NCBI RefSeq assembly: GCF_963921235.1
Contig: NC_086097.1
Location: 238,454,001-238,518,000 of the forward strand
From: Mobula hypostoma
Lineage: Eukaryota
DNA: 64,000 nucleotides
Direction: 5' to 3'
How positions within the stretch are numbered: the first letter of the stretch is position 1; each line of letters starts with the position of its first letter. The position numbers were made by a program, and so were the translations under genes. The notes beneath the pieces were generated by a model that was not told the DNA's origin, did not search any database, and saw nothing but the letters and a program-made list of their open reading frames with translations. Below, in pieces: positions 1 to 12,365 of this stretch.

Positions 1-385
1 GGTTTGTTATCCATCTCAACCTCTTTCTCCTGCTTTCTTCCCGTAACCTAAGATGCCTTAATTAATCAAGAACCTATCAACCTCTGCTTTAAATATGCCA
101 AATAACATGGCCTCCACAGATGTCTGTGGTAATGAACTCCACAGATTCACCACACTCTGACTAAAGAAATTAGACCATCAGACCATAAGATATAAGAACA
201 GAATTAGGCTATTGAACCTGGTCCATCATTTCATCATGGCTGATCTAATTTTCCTCTCAACCCCAATTTTGTGCCTTCTCCTCTTATCCCTTCATGCTCT
301 GACCAATGGAGAATCTATTAACCTCTGCCTTAAATATACATAAGGACTTGGCTTCCACGAATTCCTCCTCACCTTTGCAAGGAAA
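1..385 (-). mobile_element. Two decayed CR1 LINE 3' end fragments
   Basis: Minus-strand peptide VEAKSLCIFKAEVNRF and an agaccataaga tail match the 3' ends of the longer CR1 copies in this window. Confidence 0.75.
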
Positions 386-559
386 CAAATATTCCTGGTG
401 TAGGTTGATTAGTTTAAGTAGTTTGGTATGGACTAGATGTGCTGAAGGGCCTGTTCCTGTACTGTACTTTTCTATGAATATCAGGATCATATAAGATGAC
501 ATATATGTATTTTGAAAATAAATTTACTTTGAAATTTGAACTTTACTTTAAATGTTTGA

Positions 560-1138
560 CAAAGTTCCATGAGTGTGTGGTGTAAATTCACTGCTTGCCC
601 TTGAATGGAAAATCCTACAAAAACTAGTGAATATGGCCCAGTCTATCTTGGGTAAAGACTTCCTCACCATTGAGCACAACTGCACAGATCGCTGTAGCAG
701 GAATGCAACATCAATCATGCAGATTGCTGTCATCAGGAAGAAGGTGCAGGAGCTGTAGGACCCACACCACCGTATTCAGGAACAGTTATTACCCCTCAGT
801 CATCCAGCTCTTGAACAAGTGGGGATAACTTCATTCAACTTCACTTGCCCTAGTACTGAAATGTTCCCACAACCTATCGACTCACTTTCAAGGAATTTTC
901 TTCTCATGTTCTCGATATTTATTGCTTATTTATTTATTATTGTTATATTTTCTTTTATATTTGCACAGTTTGTTCTCTTAATGCACATTGGTGTTGGTCG
1001 GTCCTGTTGGTTGCTGTCTTTCACTGATTCTATTGAGTTTCTTGACTTTATTGTGTATGCCTGCAAGAAAACAAATCTCCGGGTTGAAGATGATGACATA
1101 TATGTACTTTGAAAATAAATTTACTTGAACTTTGAACT
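560..1138 (+). mobile_element. Rex1/Babar-type LINE 3' fragment
   Basis: ALEWKILQKLVNMAQSILGKDFLTIEH-like C-terminal peptide, T-rich 3' UTR and aataaa...(ttgaact)n tail that recur many times in the window. Confidence 0.65.
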
Positions 1139-1460
1139 TCTAAAGGGACAATCTTTTAGTCTGATGCTGTGCTCTCGGGTCCACTTCTACCAAACCATTT
1201 GAGTTTGGGTGACATGGAATTTACTCGGGTACTACTTTCTACTCATGAGTAATATAGAATTCAGTAGCTTCCATTGCTTGTCATAAGTAATTGCATAAGC
1301 TAGCTTGATGCCAGCTGGGAAAACATCACTTGAGATGCAGTAATCTCCTATGAACCTGCTTCTATCCACTTTGATTACACTTCCACTACTACCAGGGTTA
1401 CCTCTCTCACAGATGGAAGCACAAAACCTCCATGTATCCTGACACAAGATTTATTCAGAG

Positions 1461-1700
1461 ACACAAGACATTCTGCAGGTGCTGGAATTCCGGATTAAAA
1501 CACATAAATTCTAGAGGAACTCAGCAGGTCAACATATATAGAAGGAAAAAAAACAGTCGATGTCTCAGGCAGAGACCATTCAACAGGTCTCCTGATATGT
1601 TGATGAATGGTCTTGGCCTGAAACGCTGCTCATTTATTTCCCTTCATAGATACTGACTGAGCAGTTGATCTCCACTCGCATTTTTTTGTGTGTTGCCCAA
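1461..1700. mobile_element. Fold-back PLE terminal-repeat (pLTR) derivative with two decayed hammerheads
   Basis: Reverse pLTR copy (ctgcaggtgctgga...cagtcgatgtctcaggc) followed by a forward copy (tgatgaatggtcttggcctgaaacg...tgtgtgttgc). Confidence 0.6.
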
Positions 1701-1884
1701 GATATCTTCAGCCAGGACCTTGGATTGAGAGAAGCCACTGGAGGATTCTTACACTGCTTCACAAAGCTCTCCAAATGCTTACTTATTCCCAGCCTTCAGA
1801 TAAAATCGCCTGACAACCAGCTTGCTACCATAGACATTATGGCACACTTCAACAACAGTTACAAAGCAACTGCTCTTCCTTGAA

Positions 1885-2392
1885 CACAAGGAAATCTGCA
1901 GATGCTGGAATTTCAATCAACACACATAAAAGTTGCTGGCAACACCTTATATTCTGTCTGGGTAGCCTCCAACCTGATGGCATGAACATTGACTTCTCTA
2001 ACTTCCGCTAATGCCCCACCTCCCCCTCATACCCCATCCATTATTTTTATATATATTCTTTTTCTCTTTCTCCTTTCTCTCCCTCTGTCCCTCTCACTAT
2101 ACCCCTTGCCCATCCTCTGGGATTCCCCCCTCCCCCTTTCTTTCTCCCTAGGCCTCCCATCCCATGATCCTCTCATATCCCTTTTGCCAATTAATTAACC
2201 AGCTCTCGGCTCCATCCCTCCCTGTCTTCTCCTATCATTTCAGATCTCCCCCACCCCCTCCCACTTTCAAATCTCTTACTAGCTCTTCTTTCAGTTAGTC
2301 CTGACGAAGGGTCTCGGCCCGAAACGTCGACTATACCTCTTCCTATAGATGCTGCCTGGCCTGCTGTGTTCACCAGCAACTTTGATGTGTGT
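1885..2392 (+). mobile_element. 5'-truncated Penelope-like element with inverted pLTR tail
   Basis: 14-bp TSD tgctcttccttgaa at 1871-1884 and 2393-2406. Inverted pLTR piece at 1885-1939, then ORF end QHLIFCLGSLQPDGMNIDFSNFR* (1940-2011) resembling the PLE GIY-YIG C-terminus, then a pyrimidine-rich UTR and a hammerhead. Confidence 0.85.
2296..2333 (+). ncRNA. Minimal type I hammerhead ribozyme
   Basis: TAGTC-CTGACGA-A-GGGT(CTCG)GCCC-GAAA-C-GTC/GACTA: 5-bp stem I, intact core, 4-bp stem II, palindromic ACGT in place of stem III. Predicted cleavage after C2328. Confidence 0.85.
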
Positions 2393-2509
2393 TGCTCTTC
2401 CTTGAAGTAGAACGACAACTTTATATCCCCCAACAAACCCTCTGCTCCATTCTGCATGGTATGTGACAAAACCACATTGATGTTGCATGCAAAGCATCAA
2501 AGAGAGGGG

Positions 2510-2660
2510 CACGACATACAAAATGTTGGAGGTACTCAGCAAGTCAGGCTGTATCTATGGAGGGCAATAGATGGTTGATGCTTTGGGCCAAGACCCTTCA
2601 TCAAGACTAATGAGGGGCCTCGGCTTGAACCCTATTCCCCTTCATAGATGTTGATCCACT
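2510..2660. mobile_element. Decayed fold-back PLE pLTR derivative
   Basis: Reverse copy ...gggccaagacccttcatcaagact directly abuts forward copy aatgaggggcctcggcttgaac. Confidence 0.55.
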
Positions 2661-3258
2661 TTGAGGAAGAGCAGTTGCAGAAAAGCTCCCCTTTAGTTCA
2701 CTGCTTATTTAACTTAATTATTATATCTACTTTTTGTTGTAATTTATAGTTTTTATTACTGTGTAATATAACACAAAAAAATTCACAATTTATGCCAGTA
2801 ATATTAAATCTGATTCTGATTCTGATTTTGATTCCAATTCTAAGCAACATCCTGCATTACTATAAAATATTTTAAAAGTGATGGACAGTACAAGAGTTCT
2901 CAAATAGTGCCAAGGATTTACATGATATTTTTTCTGATAGAACATTCTAAGGGAAGAAATAATCTTTTCAACATCTTACAAAACATTCAGCAATCCTTTT
3001 TTACTGCTGCAATGAAACTATGATGGAGGAATGAATATCCATTGGAAATATATTAAAATTATGTTCCGGGCATTGCCTTGGCAGCTCTAGTTTAGTTTCA
3101 CATTATGAAATAAAAAAGACTTTTAGTGCTACTGGCTGCATTCTACAGCTTCTCTTACCAGTGGCAAAAATTGCACGTGAAGAATAGACTTGGACACCTT
3201 TAGGCCTGGTTATTATTTTTAAAGAAAATGCAAGATATTACAGATTGGCCTTTTATTT

Positions 3259-4910
3259 AGACCGTAAGATATAGGAACAGAATTAAGCTATTTGGCCCAC
3301 CGAGTCTGCTTTGCATCCAAACATGGCCCATCATTTTTCCCCTCCTCAACCCCATTCCCTGGCCTTTTCCCCATAATCTTTGATGCTGTGTCTAATCAAA
3401 AACGTATCAATCTCTGCCTTAAATACACCCAACAACCTGGCCTCCACAGCTGCCTGTGGTAACAAATTCTACAAATTCATCACCCTCTGACCAAACAAAG
3501 TTTTCCGCACCTCTATTTTAAATGGATGCCACTCTATCCTGAGGCAGTGGCCTCTTGTCCTAGATTCCCCCACCATGGGAAACATCTTTTCCGCATCTAC
3601 TCCGTTTAGGCCTTTCAATATTTGAAAGCTTTCAACGAGCTCCCCCCTCATCCTTCTAATTTCCAGCAAATACAGACCCAGAGCCATCAAATGTTCCTCT
3701 AATGAAATAACCCTTTCATTCCCAGAATCATCATTGTGAACTGCCTCTGGAACCTCTCCAATGCCAATACATCTTTTCTCAGATGAGGAGACTAAAACTG
3801 TTCACAATACTCAAGGTGAGGCCTTAAAGAGCCTCAGCATCCCATCCCTGCTCTTCTGTTCAAGACCTCTTGAAATTGATGCTAGCATAGCATCTGCCTT
3901 CCTCACCACTGACTCTACCTGCAAGTTAATCTTTAGGGTGTTCTGCACAAGGACTCCCAAGCCCTTTTGTATCTCCGAATTTTGTTTTTCTCTCTGTTTA
4001 GAAAATAGTCTGCACGTTTATTTCTACTACCAAAGTGCATGACCATGCATTTTCCAATATTGTATTTCATTTGCCACTTTCTTGCCTATTCTCCTAATCT
4101 GTCTAAGTCCTTTTGCAGCCTACATATTTTCTCAACACTACCTGCTCCTTCACCAATCTTCGTATCATCTGCAAACTTGGCAAAAAAGTAATCTTTTCCA
4201 TCATCTAAATAATTGATATACAGCATAAAAAGAATCAGTCCCAACACCAACCTTTGCGGGACACTACAAATCACTGGCAGCCAACCAAACAAGGATCCTT
4301 TCATTCCCACTCGCTGCCTCCTACCAATCTGCCAATGCTCTAACCACGTTATTAACTTTCCTGTAATACTATGAGCACCTAATCTGGGAAACAGCATAAT
4401 ATGTGGCATCTTGTCAAAGGCCTTCTGAAATTCCACTGCATCAATGTATACAACATCCACTGTATTCCCTTTATCTATCCTACTTGTAATCTCTTCAAAG
4501 AATTCCAACAGGTTCATCAGGCAAGATTTTCCCTCGAGGAAACCATGCTGACTTTGTACTATTTTATTCTGTGTCACCAAGTACTCCATAACCTCATCCT
4601 TAATAATTGACTCCAACATCTTCCCAACCACAGGGATCAGGCTAACTGGTCTATAATTTCCTTTCAGCTGCCTTCCTCCTTTCTTAAAGAGTGGAGTGAA
4701 ATTTGCAATTTTCCAGTTCTCTGGCACCATGCCAGAGTCCAATGATTTTTGAAAGATCATTGCTAATGCCTCCACAATCTCTACCGCTACCTCTTTCAGA
4801 ATTTAAAGGTGCAGTTTATCTGGCCCAGGTGACTTATGCATTCTTAGATCTTTCAGCTTTTTGACCATCTTCTTCGTTGTAATAGTAGCTACACTCCACT
4901 TCTATTGCTT
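3259..4910 (-). mobile_element. CR1 LINE, 5'-truncated (RT pseudogene)
   Basis: ORF 4086-4775 has GNYRPVSL, QHGF, FQKAFDK and KFADDTK motifs; CR1 C-terminus and tail follow. Confidence 0.92.
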
Positions 4911-4997
4911 CACATTTAAACGACCAAGCTTCCAATAATATCGCCACTTGCATTGCTGAATTGATTAAGATAGGGCATTTAAAACTAAACACTATTT

Positions 4998-5315
4998 CAT
5001 ACACACAAGAGACTTTGCAGATGCTGGAAGTCCATAGTAACACACACAAAAAAAGCTGGAGGAACTCAACAATCAGGTGGCATCTATGGTAGTGGTTCCC
5101 ACTGTTTTTATTCCATGAACGCCTACCCACTAACAAGGGGTCCATGGATCCCAGGATGGGAATTCTTAATCTATGGAGAGGATGGATTAGACATATCAGG
5201 CAAACACCCTTCAGTGTCCTGATGAATGATCTTAGCCTGGATTGCCAAGTCTCTATTCCTCTCCACAGATGCTGCCTGAACCACTGAAGTCCTCCAGCAT
5301 TTTGTGTGTGCTACT
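4998..5315. mobile_element. Fold-back PLE pLTR derivative interrupted by a hAT MITE
   Basis: Reverse pLTR (tgcagatgctggaa...cacccttca) joined to forward gtcctgatgaa...cctccagcattttgtgtgtg. Confidence 0.6.
5090..5168. mobile_element. 79-bp hAT (Charlie-like) MITE
   Basis: 8-bp TSD atctatgg at 5082-5089 and 5169-5176; degenerate TIRs; same length and internal sequence as 61837-61915. Confidence 0.7.
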
Positions 5316-5717
5316 CCATTACGCATTAACAATTCTGTTGCCTGACTTTTAAAGATTTGTAATATGTAACAGTAGATGCAAGGCTTAAAAATTTAAATTG
5401 TTTTCAACCTTCTTTGTAAGAACAAAAATACAGCAGAAAAAAAATCAATCTGTGCTGAATAAAAACTATCACAAATGTTGAAAAGGGTAATGTCAGAGAA
5501 ACCCTTGAATGACTAACGTGGCATTAAAGATTGTGTCAACATATGTAAAATGTCCAACAAAGGCAATGTAATTTCTTTTTGTTCATTTCAAAAATGATAA
5601 CATAATAGACTTCTGACTTTGAATCATAACCGTAGGAAGCACTTATTTTCCGTATTGGACAACTGAAATATTTTCAGTTTGTGAAGCTAAATGCAAAACC
5701 TACATTTGACTCTCATA

Positions 5718-6168
5718 CACTCACTTGCCACTTTATTAGGTACAGCAGGTACTGTTTTAACATGTGGTTATTTGAGTTACCATTGCCTTCTTGTCAAAGT
5801 TGTCAGCTTGATCAATCTGGCCATTCTCCTCTGGTCTCTCTCATCAACAAGGCTTTTTTGTTCACAGAACTGCTGCTCATTGGATGTGCTTTTTTTTTTG
5901 GTTTTTTTTGCAGCAGCCTTTGTAAAGTCTGGAGTCTTCTGTGCACGAAAATCCCAGGAGATATGTAGTTTCTGCGATACTCAAGCCATCCTGTCTGGCA
6001 CCAATAATGATTGCACGGTCAAAGTCAATTAGAGCACATGTCTTCTCCCATTCTGATGTTTCATCTGAACAAAACTAAACCCGTTAACCATTTCTGCATG
6101 TTTTTATGCCTTGAGTTGCTGCCACATGGTTGGATGGTGAGATATTTGCATTAATGAACAGGTGTTTA
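5718..6168 (-). mobile_element. Non-autonomous Tc1-like element
   Basis: Terminus gccactttattaggtac; body is the reverse complement of the Tc1 copy at 29680. Confidence 0.7.
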
Positions 6169-6169
6169 T

Positions 6170-8140
6170 ATTCAAAGTTCAATGTAAATTCATTATCAAA
6201 GTACATATCTGTCCCTATAGACAACCCTGAGATTGATATTCTTACAGACATTTAGTGTAAATACAAGAAACACAATACAATCGATGAAAGACCATACCCA
6301 ACAGGATGAAAAAATGTGCAAAAGACAACAAACTGGAAATATAAAAAGAAAGAGAAAAGAATTAAAAAAACAATAAATTTTGAGAGCATGAGATGACAAG
6401 TCCTTGAAAGTGAGTCTTTAGGTTTGGGGAACAGTTTAGTGGCAGGGTGAGTGAAGTTATCCCCTCTGGTTGAAGAGCCTGATGGGTGAGCAGTAATAAT
6501 GTCTCTAAACCTGGTGGTATAGCTCCTGCACCTTCTTCCTTTTGGCCAGTGAGAAAAAAAGCATGGTCTGGATGTTTTTCTGTAACAGTGCTCATGTTGC
6601 CTTGCTCAATGGTGGGTGAGCTTTATCGACTGGCTTCACCAGTGGATGGACTGCACTGTATCCACTACATTTTGTAGGCTTTTCCATTCAAGGGCATTAA
6701 TGTTTCCACACCAGACCATGATGCAACCAGTCAATATACTCTCCACCACAACATTTGTCAAAGCTTTAGATGACATGTTGAAACTTTGCATACTTCTGAG
6801 AAAGTAGAGGCATTGCCTTCCTTTCTCTGTAATGGCACTTAGCATTAAAAGTATTTGATAAAGTGAAGCACAATAAGTTATTTGAAATATTACAGAAAAC
6901 TCTAGATTTAGATTCGAAAGACCTCTGCCTAATCAGAAATCTGTACTGGGAATAAACTGCCGCTGTAGGAATAGATGGAGAAGTGAGTCAGTTTACGAAA
7001 ATCAAGAGAAGCGTTAGACAAGGGTGTGTTTTCTCGCCTGATTTATTTAATGTGTACAGTGAAACAATATTACAAAAAATCAGAAACATCTTGAGAATCA
7101 AAGTTGGCGGTGAAAACATCAATAATTTTAGATATGCGGATAACACTGTGCTAATTGCTAGCACAGAGGAAGAACTATAAAACTTAATTGATATAATTGT
7201 TGAAGAAAGTGCAAAAATGAGTCTGTCTATCAATTGCAAAAAGACAGAATGTATGGTGATATCCAAAAAGAAGGAGAACCCTATCTGCAGGCTGAGAATA
7301 AATGGGGAAGATATAAAACAAGTACAGAACTTTTGCTACTTAGGAAGCTGGGTGACATCAGATGGCAGGTGCGACTTGGACATCAAAAGAAGAATAGGGA
7401 TGGCAAAAGACACCTTTACAAAAATGAAGAGTATACTGACCAATACTAAACTAGGCATGACAACCCACCTCAGAATACTGAAATGTTACGTTTATCCAGT
7501 TATGTTATATGGCTCAGAATGTTGGACAATATCTAGTAACATGAGGAAACGAATTGTAGCAGCAGAGATGTGGTTTTTGAGGAGGATGCAAAGGATATCA
7601 TGGACGAAACGAATATCTAACGAGGATGCCATGAACAGAGCAAACACAAAAAGAGAAATAATGTATGAGATCATGAAAAGGCAATGTAACTTCATTGGGC
7701 ATGTGATTAGGAAAGAGGAGTTACAATGCATAGTAATTATGGGAAAGATTGAAGGGAAGAAAGCAAGAGGAAGACAAAGACAAATGATGATGGAAGCAGC
7801 AGAGAATTGGAAATGAATACGAATGAATTGATCCATTTGACCCGAAACAGGAGTGTGTGGCCCATGACAGTCAAAGCTCAAACTGGGCATGGCACCTGAT
7901 AATGATGATGATGAATGGCACTTACATGCCGGACCCAGAGCCAATCTTCAGAAAAGTTACCAACAAGGAATTTAAAGTTGCTGACTGTCTCCACCTCTGG
8001 TCTCCCAATGAGGACTGGCTCATCGATCTCCGGCTTCCTTCGCTCCTTGGTCTTGATGGCATTAAGTAAGTGATTGTTTTCATGGCACCACTCAGCCAGA
8101 TTTTTAATCTCCCTCCTATATGCTGATTCATCACCACCTC
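6170..8140 (-). mobile_element. Rex1/Babar-type LINE fragment split by an RTE insertion
   Basis: ORF 6636-6845 reads LYFLRSM...ESILTGCIMVWCGN...KSLQNVVDT; the element appears to resume after the RTE TSD. Confidence 0.7.
6842..7913 (+). mobile_element. RTE-clade LINE, 5'-truncated, well preserved
   Basis: VRQGCVFSPDLFNVYSE, RYADNTVLIA, FCYLGS, LYGSECWT and GKIEGKKARGRQR motifs; (TGA)n tail; 11-bp TSD aatggcactta at 6831-6841 and 7914-7924. Confidence 0.92.
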
Positions 8141-8559
8141 TGATTTCTTAATGAAAATCCAAAATTGGAAAATCTTCCCTTGGCATTTTGAGCCAGGATA
8201 AACAACTTTATCTTGTATTGATATTTTCAACAGAAATAATACTAGAGCAAATTGACAACCCTTTTCTAACTTAAACAAGATTCTTTCTTTTTTTTCTGAA
8301 AAGTATTGCAGGACACATTTACATCATTCTGAATCTGGACTGTGGTCCAGGTACTTTGAGGACACTGAAGCACAATTAGCATTAGTTTAGATATCAGGTT
8401 TATTTAACTGTTCAGTGTCGACTCCATTTCTCGCTGATTAATGCATCGACGAATATTGAAATCGCGGCGAGAGCAGAAGGTGAGGGGGTGAACAACACCG
8501 TCTACCAGCCTCTCACTCGCTGCTGCCAAAGGAAGAGGTCTGAGTGTGACAGTTTCTCT

Positions 8560-9070
8560 CTCTCCTTCTTATCTGCTGCTCTCGGAGGAAGGTTGCTGCA
8601 TTTGAATGGTCACTCTCTCCCTCTCGCTTGATGCTGCTGGAGTCCTGGGTCTAGGGCTAGATTTAATCAATGCAGATTGTGGATTGGACTCAATAGTTCT
8701 CCTTATGATGTGTTTCTGGTTTCTGTTCACTCCTTTTTTTTGCTAATTTGTGTGATTTTGATCAGGAGGAGGCCTGGATCTGTGGCCTGAAGTTAATGAA
8801 TGACAGTGCTAGATTGAACTGAACTGAGCAAAACTAAATACGCCTGGACTCTTTTGATGACTTTCTGGGTTGGTGTTTTGTATTCTGTGTTTTTTGCTCT
8901 TTTTGCCGTTCGTGCAATTTGCTTTTTGTAAACGTGTTGGTGGTTTGATGTTTTATATTTAAACGGGTTCCATGGTTTTCTTTGCTTCATGGCTGTCCGT
9001 GGGAAGATGAAGCATGTATACTGCATACCTATTTTGAAAACGAATGTACTTTGAACCTTGAACCTTTGAA
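8560..9070 (+). repeat. Unclassified non-autonomous interspersed repeat with LINE-like (ttgaacc)n tail
   Basis: Similar to 60180-60575 (ctctccctc..gatgctg, tgtggattggact, ttaatgaa..actga, gtatactgcatac). Confidence 0.5.
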
Positions 9071-10200
9071 CAACGGAAACACATTGTTAATTGACTGGAA
9101 GCTCGCCAGTCTGAATATGTTATCTGTAAACATCCAATATCTGAAAATTGAAGCATTCAGTACTTCAGCCAGAGTGAAACTTGTGTCTCACATATTTCAA
9201 AATATGGAACAAATAGATGCTTTTGAATATTATATGCTGCATATATTTACATATAAAGTGCAATATGACACACTGATAATATCTAAACATTCGTTTAGTT
9301 GTACAACAACGCTGTTGTGTCTATAATCAAAATACTCCCTTTTTAAATATACCCATATTGAGAAAGACATAGGAGACAAATTAGGCCATTTGGCCCATCA
9401 AGTCTACTCCACCACTTGATCATGACTGATTTATTAATCCAATGCTGTTTGATTTCAAGGAATTCATATTGGAGACCAAGTACTGTGATTGCCTTTGTAC
9501 TCACTTATTTCTAACAAACTGTGCTTTGAAAATGTGCATACTCAGAATATCCCTCATGTCAATTCTAATAGAGTTACTTAGAGTTGATTTTCTTTTCCTT
9601 ATTTATATACTTGTTATGACAACTCTACAGGCTTTAGCACAAGCAAGGTAAGGCTAGAAACTATCAACAAGCCATGCACAGTTCCAGCAGGAATTGTGAC
9701 AAGTTCATGAATCAGGCCGTGGTTTTTATCAGAAACATGTTGAGCTTCTCATGAAGGGCAAAGCCTGAAACATTAATTTGCCATTTCACTTTACAGTGTT
9801 CCTGACCTGCCAAGTGTTGCCCATCTGTTTTCCTTGAGACTTCCAGTTTCATTTTCCTTCATGTGAGGATTGCCAAGGATAGCAAACATCACCATTTAAC
9901 CTAACTTTGAAGAGCGGTAGGAACACTTCTCATAATTGTCAGAAACACAGCAGCTTAGAAACAAGTTGAGAACACAGTGAATTGTTACATATTATAATCT
10001 GGCAATGTGCTGTTTATAATTTTAGACCTTTTTAAAATACATTGCTGGGTCACAAGATAACCTGTCCTGTCGTAATTAAACATCAGACCATACTTAGAAA
10101 ACTTCAGAACATGCACAGAAAATATCAAAAGCATGTTCTGTGGGATTTTGACTTTAATTTTTTTATATAATTAAAAAACAATTAAAACGAAGCACAACAG

Positions 10201-10335
10201 AGTCCTGAAGAAGGAACCTGGCCTGAAACTTTGACTGTTTATTCTTTTCCAGAGATGCTGCCTGACCTGCTGAGTTCCTCCAGCATTTTGTGTGTGTTGC
10301 CTTGGATTTCCAACGTCTGCAGGTTCTCACATGTT
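10201..10335 (+). mobile_element. Solo PLE pLTR fragment beginning at a decayed hammerhead
   Basis: AGTC-CTGAAGA-a-ggaacctggcct-GAAA-cttt-GACT followed by the shared pLTR tail gatgctgcctgacctgctgagttcctccagc. Confidence 0.7.
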
Positions 10336-10854
10336 CACCATTGACCGTCATTTACAATTTTAATAAACACAAAATCTACAACTATTTCTCCTAATATTGC
10401 AGCTTCAGATATTTGCACATTCGTTTCTAAATGCAGGAAAGTTAGTTACGCAACACAAGGTATGGAACTGCAGTTTCTGATGAAACAACTAACACAGAAG
10501 TTTATCATTTTAGCAGCAGCTGCTTCTCTCCACCACCAGAATTCTGAAAGGGCCATCGCAAAGCAACAAAATTCATGACGCGCCAGTGATAACAAACCAT
10601 ATTCTGATTCTGATTCCAATTCTGGAAGCTGATGTGAATTTTGAATTTATGTACATCAACCTTTAAAATAACCATTGAAGATCTTAAACACTGATGGAAA
10701 ATCTATGACTGAAATTTTATCAATTTGCTCAACTATAAATATGAATGAAAAACTTTTCTGACCTTGAAACCTAATTGTACAAAAATAGTGTCTTCACTTC
10801 ATTGTAAAATCTGTTTCTTAAAAAAAATCAAGTTTGCAATACTTCACCTTCTAC

Positions 10855-11150
10855 CCTAACCCATCTGTATGCTGTGTTCACATTTCTTATTCCTGAGCCC
10901 TTAACCTCTTCTACCTACCACCTCCCAGCTTCTCACTCCATCTCCCCTCCCCACCTGCCTTACCGCTCACCTGGTTTCACCTATCACCTTCTAGTTGGTA
11001 CGCCTTCCCCTAAACACTAAACTTCATACTCTAGATTCTTCCCCCTTCCTTTCCAGCATGGTGAAGGGTCTTGGCCTAAAACATCGGCCCTTTATTCCTC
11101 TCCACAAGTGCTGCCTGACCTGCTGAGTTCCTCCAGCATTTTGTGTGTTT
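10855..11150 (+). mobile_element. PLE 3' UTR/pLTR fragment, hammerhead decayed
   Basis: Pyrimidine-rich UTR, gtgaagggtcttggcctaaaacatcg, shared pLTR tail. Confidence 0.65.
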
Positions 11151-12365
11151 TACCTTGTAGTCCATATTCTGGTTTCTTCAACATGACAATTCCTCAGCTT
11201 CATTGATCAATCAGCTTTCTGAATATTATTGATGCTGAAGGATGCCACGGATTACTTACAGTTGGCATCACATTCAAAAATCACATTGGAAAATTAAAGA
11301 TTGACTTTCAACATTCCATTAAGTCCTTGCTACCAACTTGTCTTGAAATCAGCAATAAATACCATTTCCTTATCACTGACTACAAAATAAAACCCTTCAC
11401 CATGATGACGAACAATTCCAATCCTCTTCTTATGTGGTAGAAAATACAGTCTGGGTTGTCTTCTCAACAAAGCAAACTGAGCACGGGAAGAGTAGACTAA
11501 AGATTAAGGAAAATCCTTTTCCAAACTTGAATTTCAAAGCAAAATTTTTTTCCATGAAAAAGAATATTTGGTAGTTACATGATTCACTATCCCAGTAATA
11601 ATGGGTTAAGTCGTGGTTGTGTTTCCATTAGCCCAGGTACACACTCAGAACAAAAATCCATTCTGTGAAGATGAAGACTCTACTATAAAAGTCTAGTTCA
11701 ACTTAATGTCAAAAAATGTATACACTATACAATCTGAACTTCTTACTCTTCACGAACATCAACAAAACAGAAAAGACCCAAAGAATGAATGACAGAATGC
11801 ATTAGAACCCCAATTTTCCCCTCCCTCCCCCACGCACAAACAGCAACAAAATAATCAACCCTCACCCTCCCCCACCCCGTACCTCCTCTTGTTCCAAAAA
11901 AAGCATCAACTCCCACACTACCCACCAAGCAAGCAATAGCGAAGCCCTCAAAGAGACCATGATCTAGAGTCCATCAAAAACTACTGTTCTTCCCAACACT
12001 TTGACACCTCAGACAGGCTCACGCTCTCATTAGCAAGGGAGAGAGAGAGATATCATTCCTGCAACAATGAGAGGGGAGACTACTAGCTTGCTGTTTGGAT
12101 GTTACAATCTGCTGTATTGCTTGTCTGAGTCCCTAATGAGAGGACCAGCAGAGGAGAGAGAGGAGAGAGAGAGATAGATATCTTTGGAAATTCTGATGGT
12201 TTTGCCTCTGCCTCAACCACTGATGATTGCTGAGCTCCTTTTCAACTCATTGAGGCTCAAGTCTCTAACATTCAATAGCCCAGTAAACGCACAGCTCCGG
12301 TACCACCAGATTCCCAATCATGGCATTATTAGAGTTTCACTGTAGTTTGAGTGTTGGTCCTTTAA

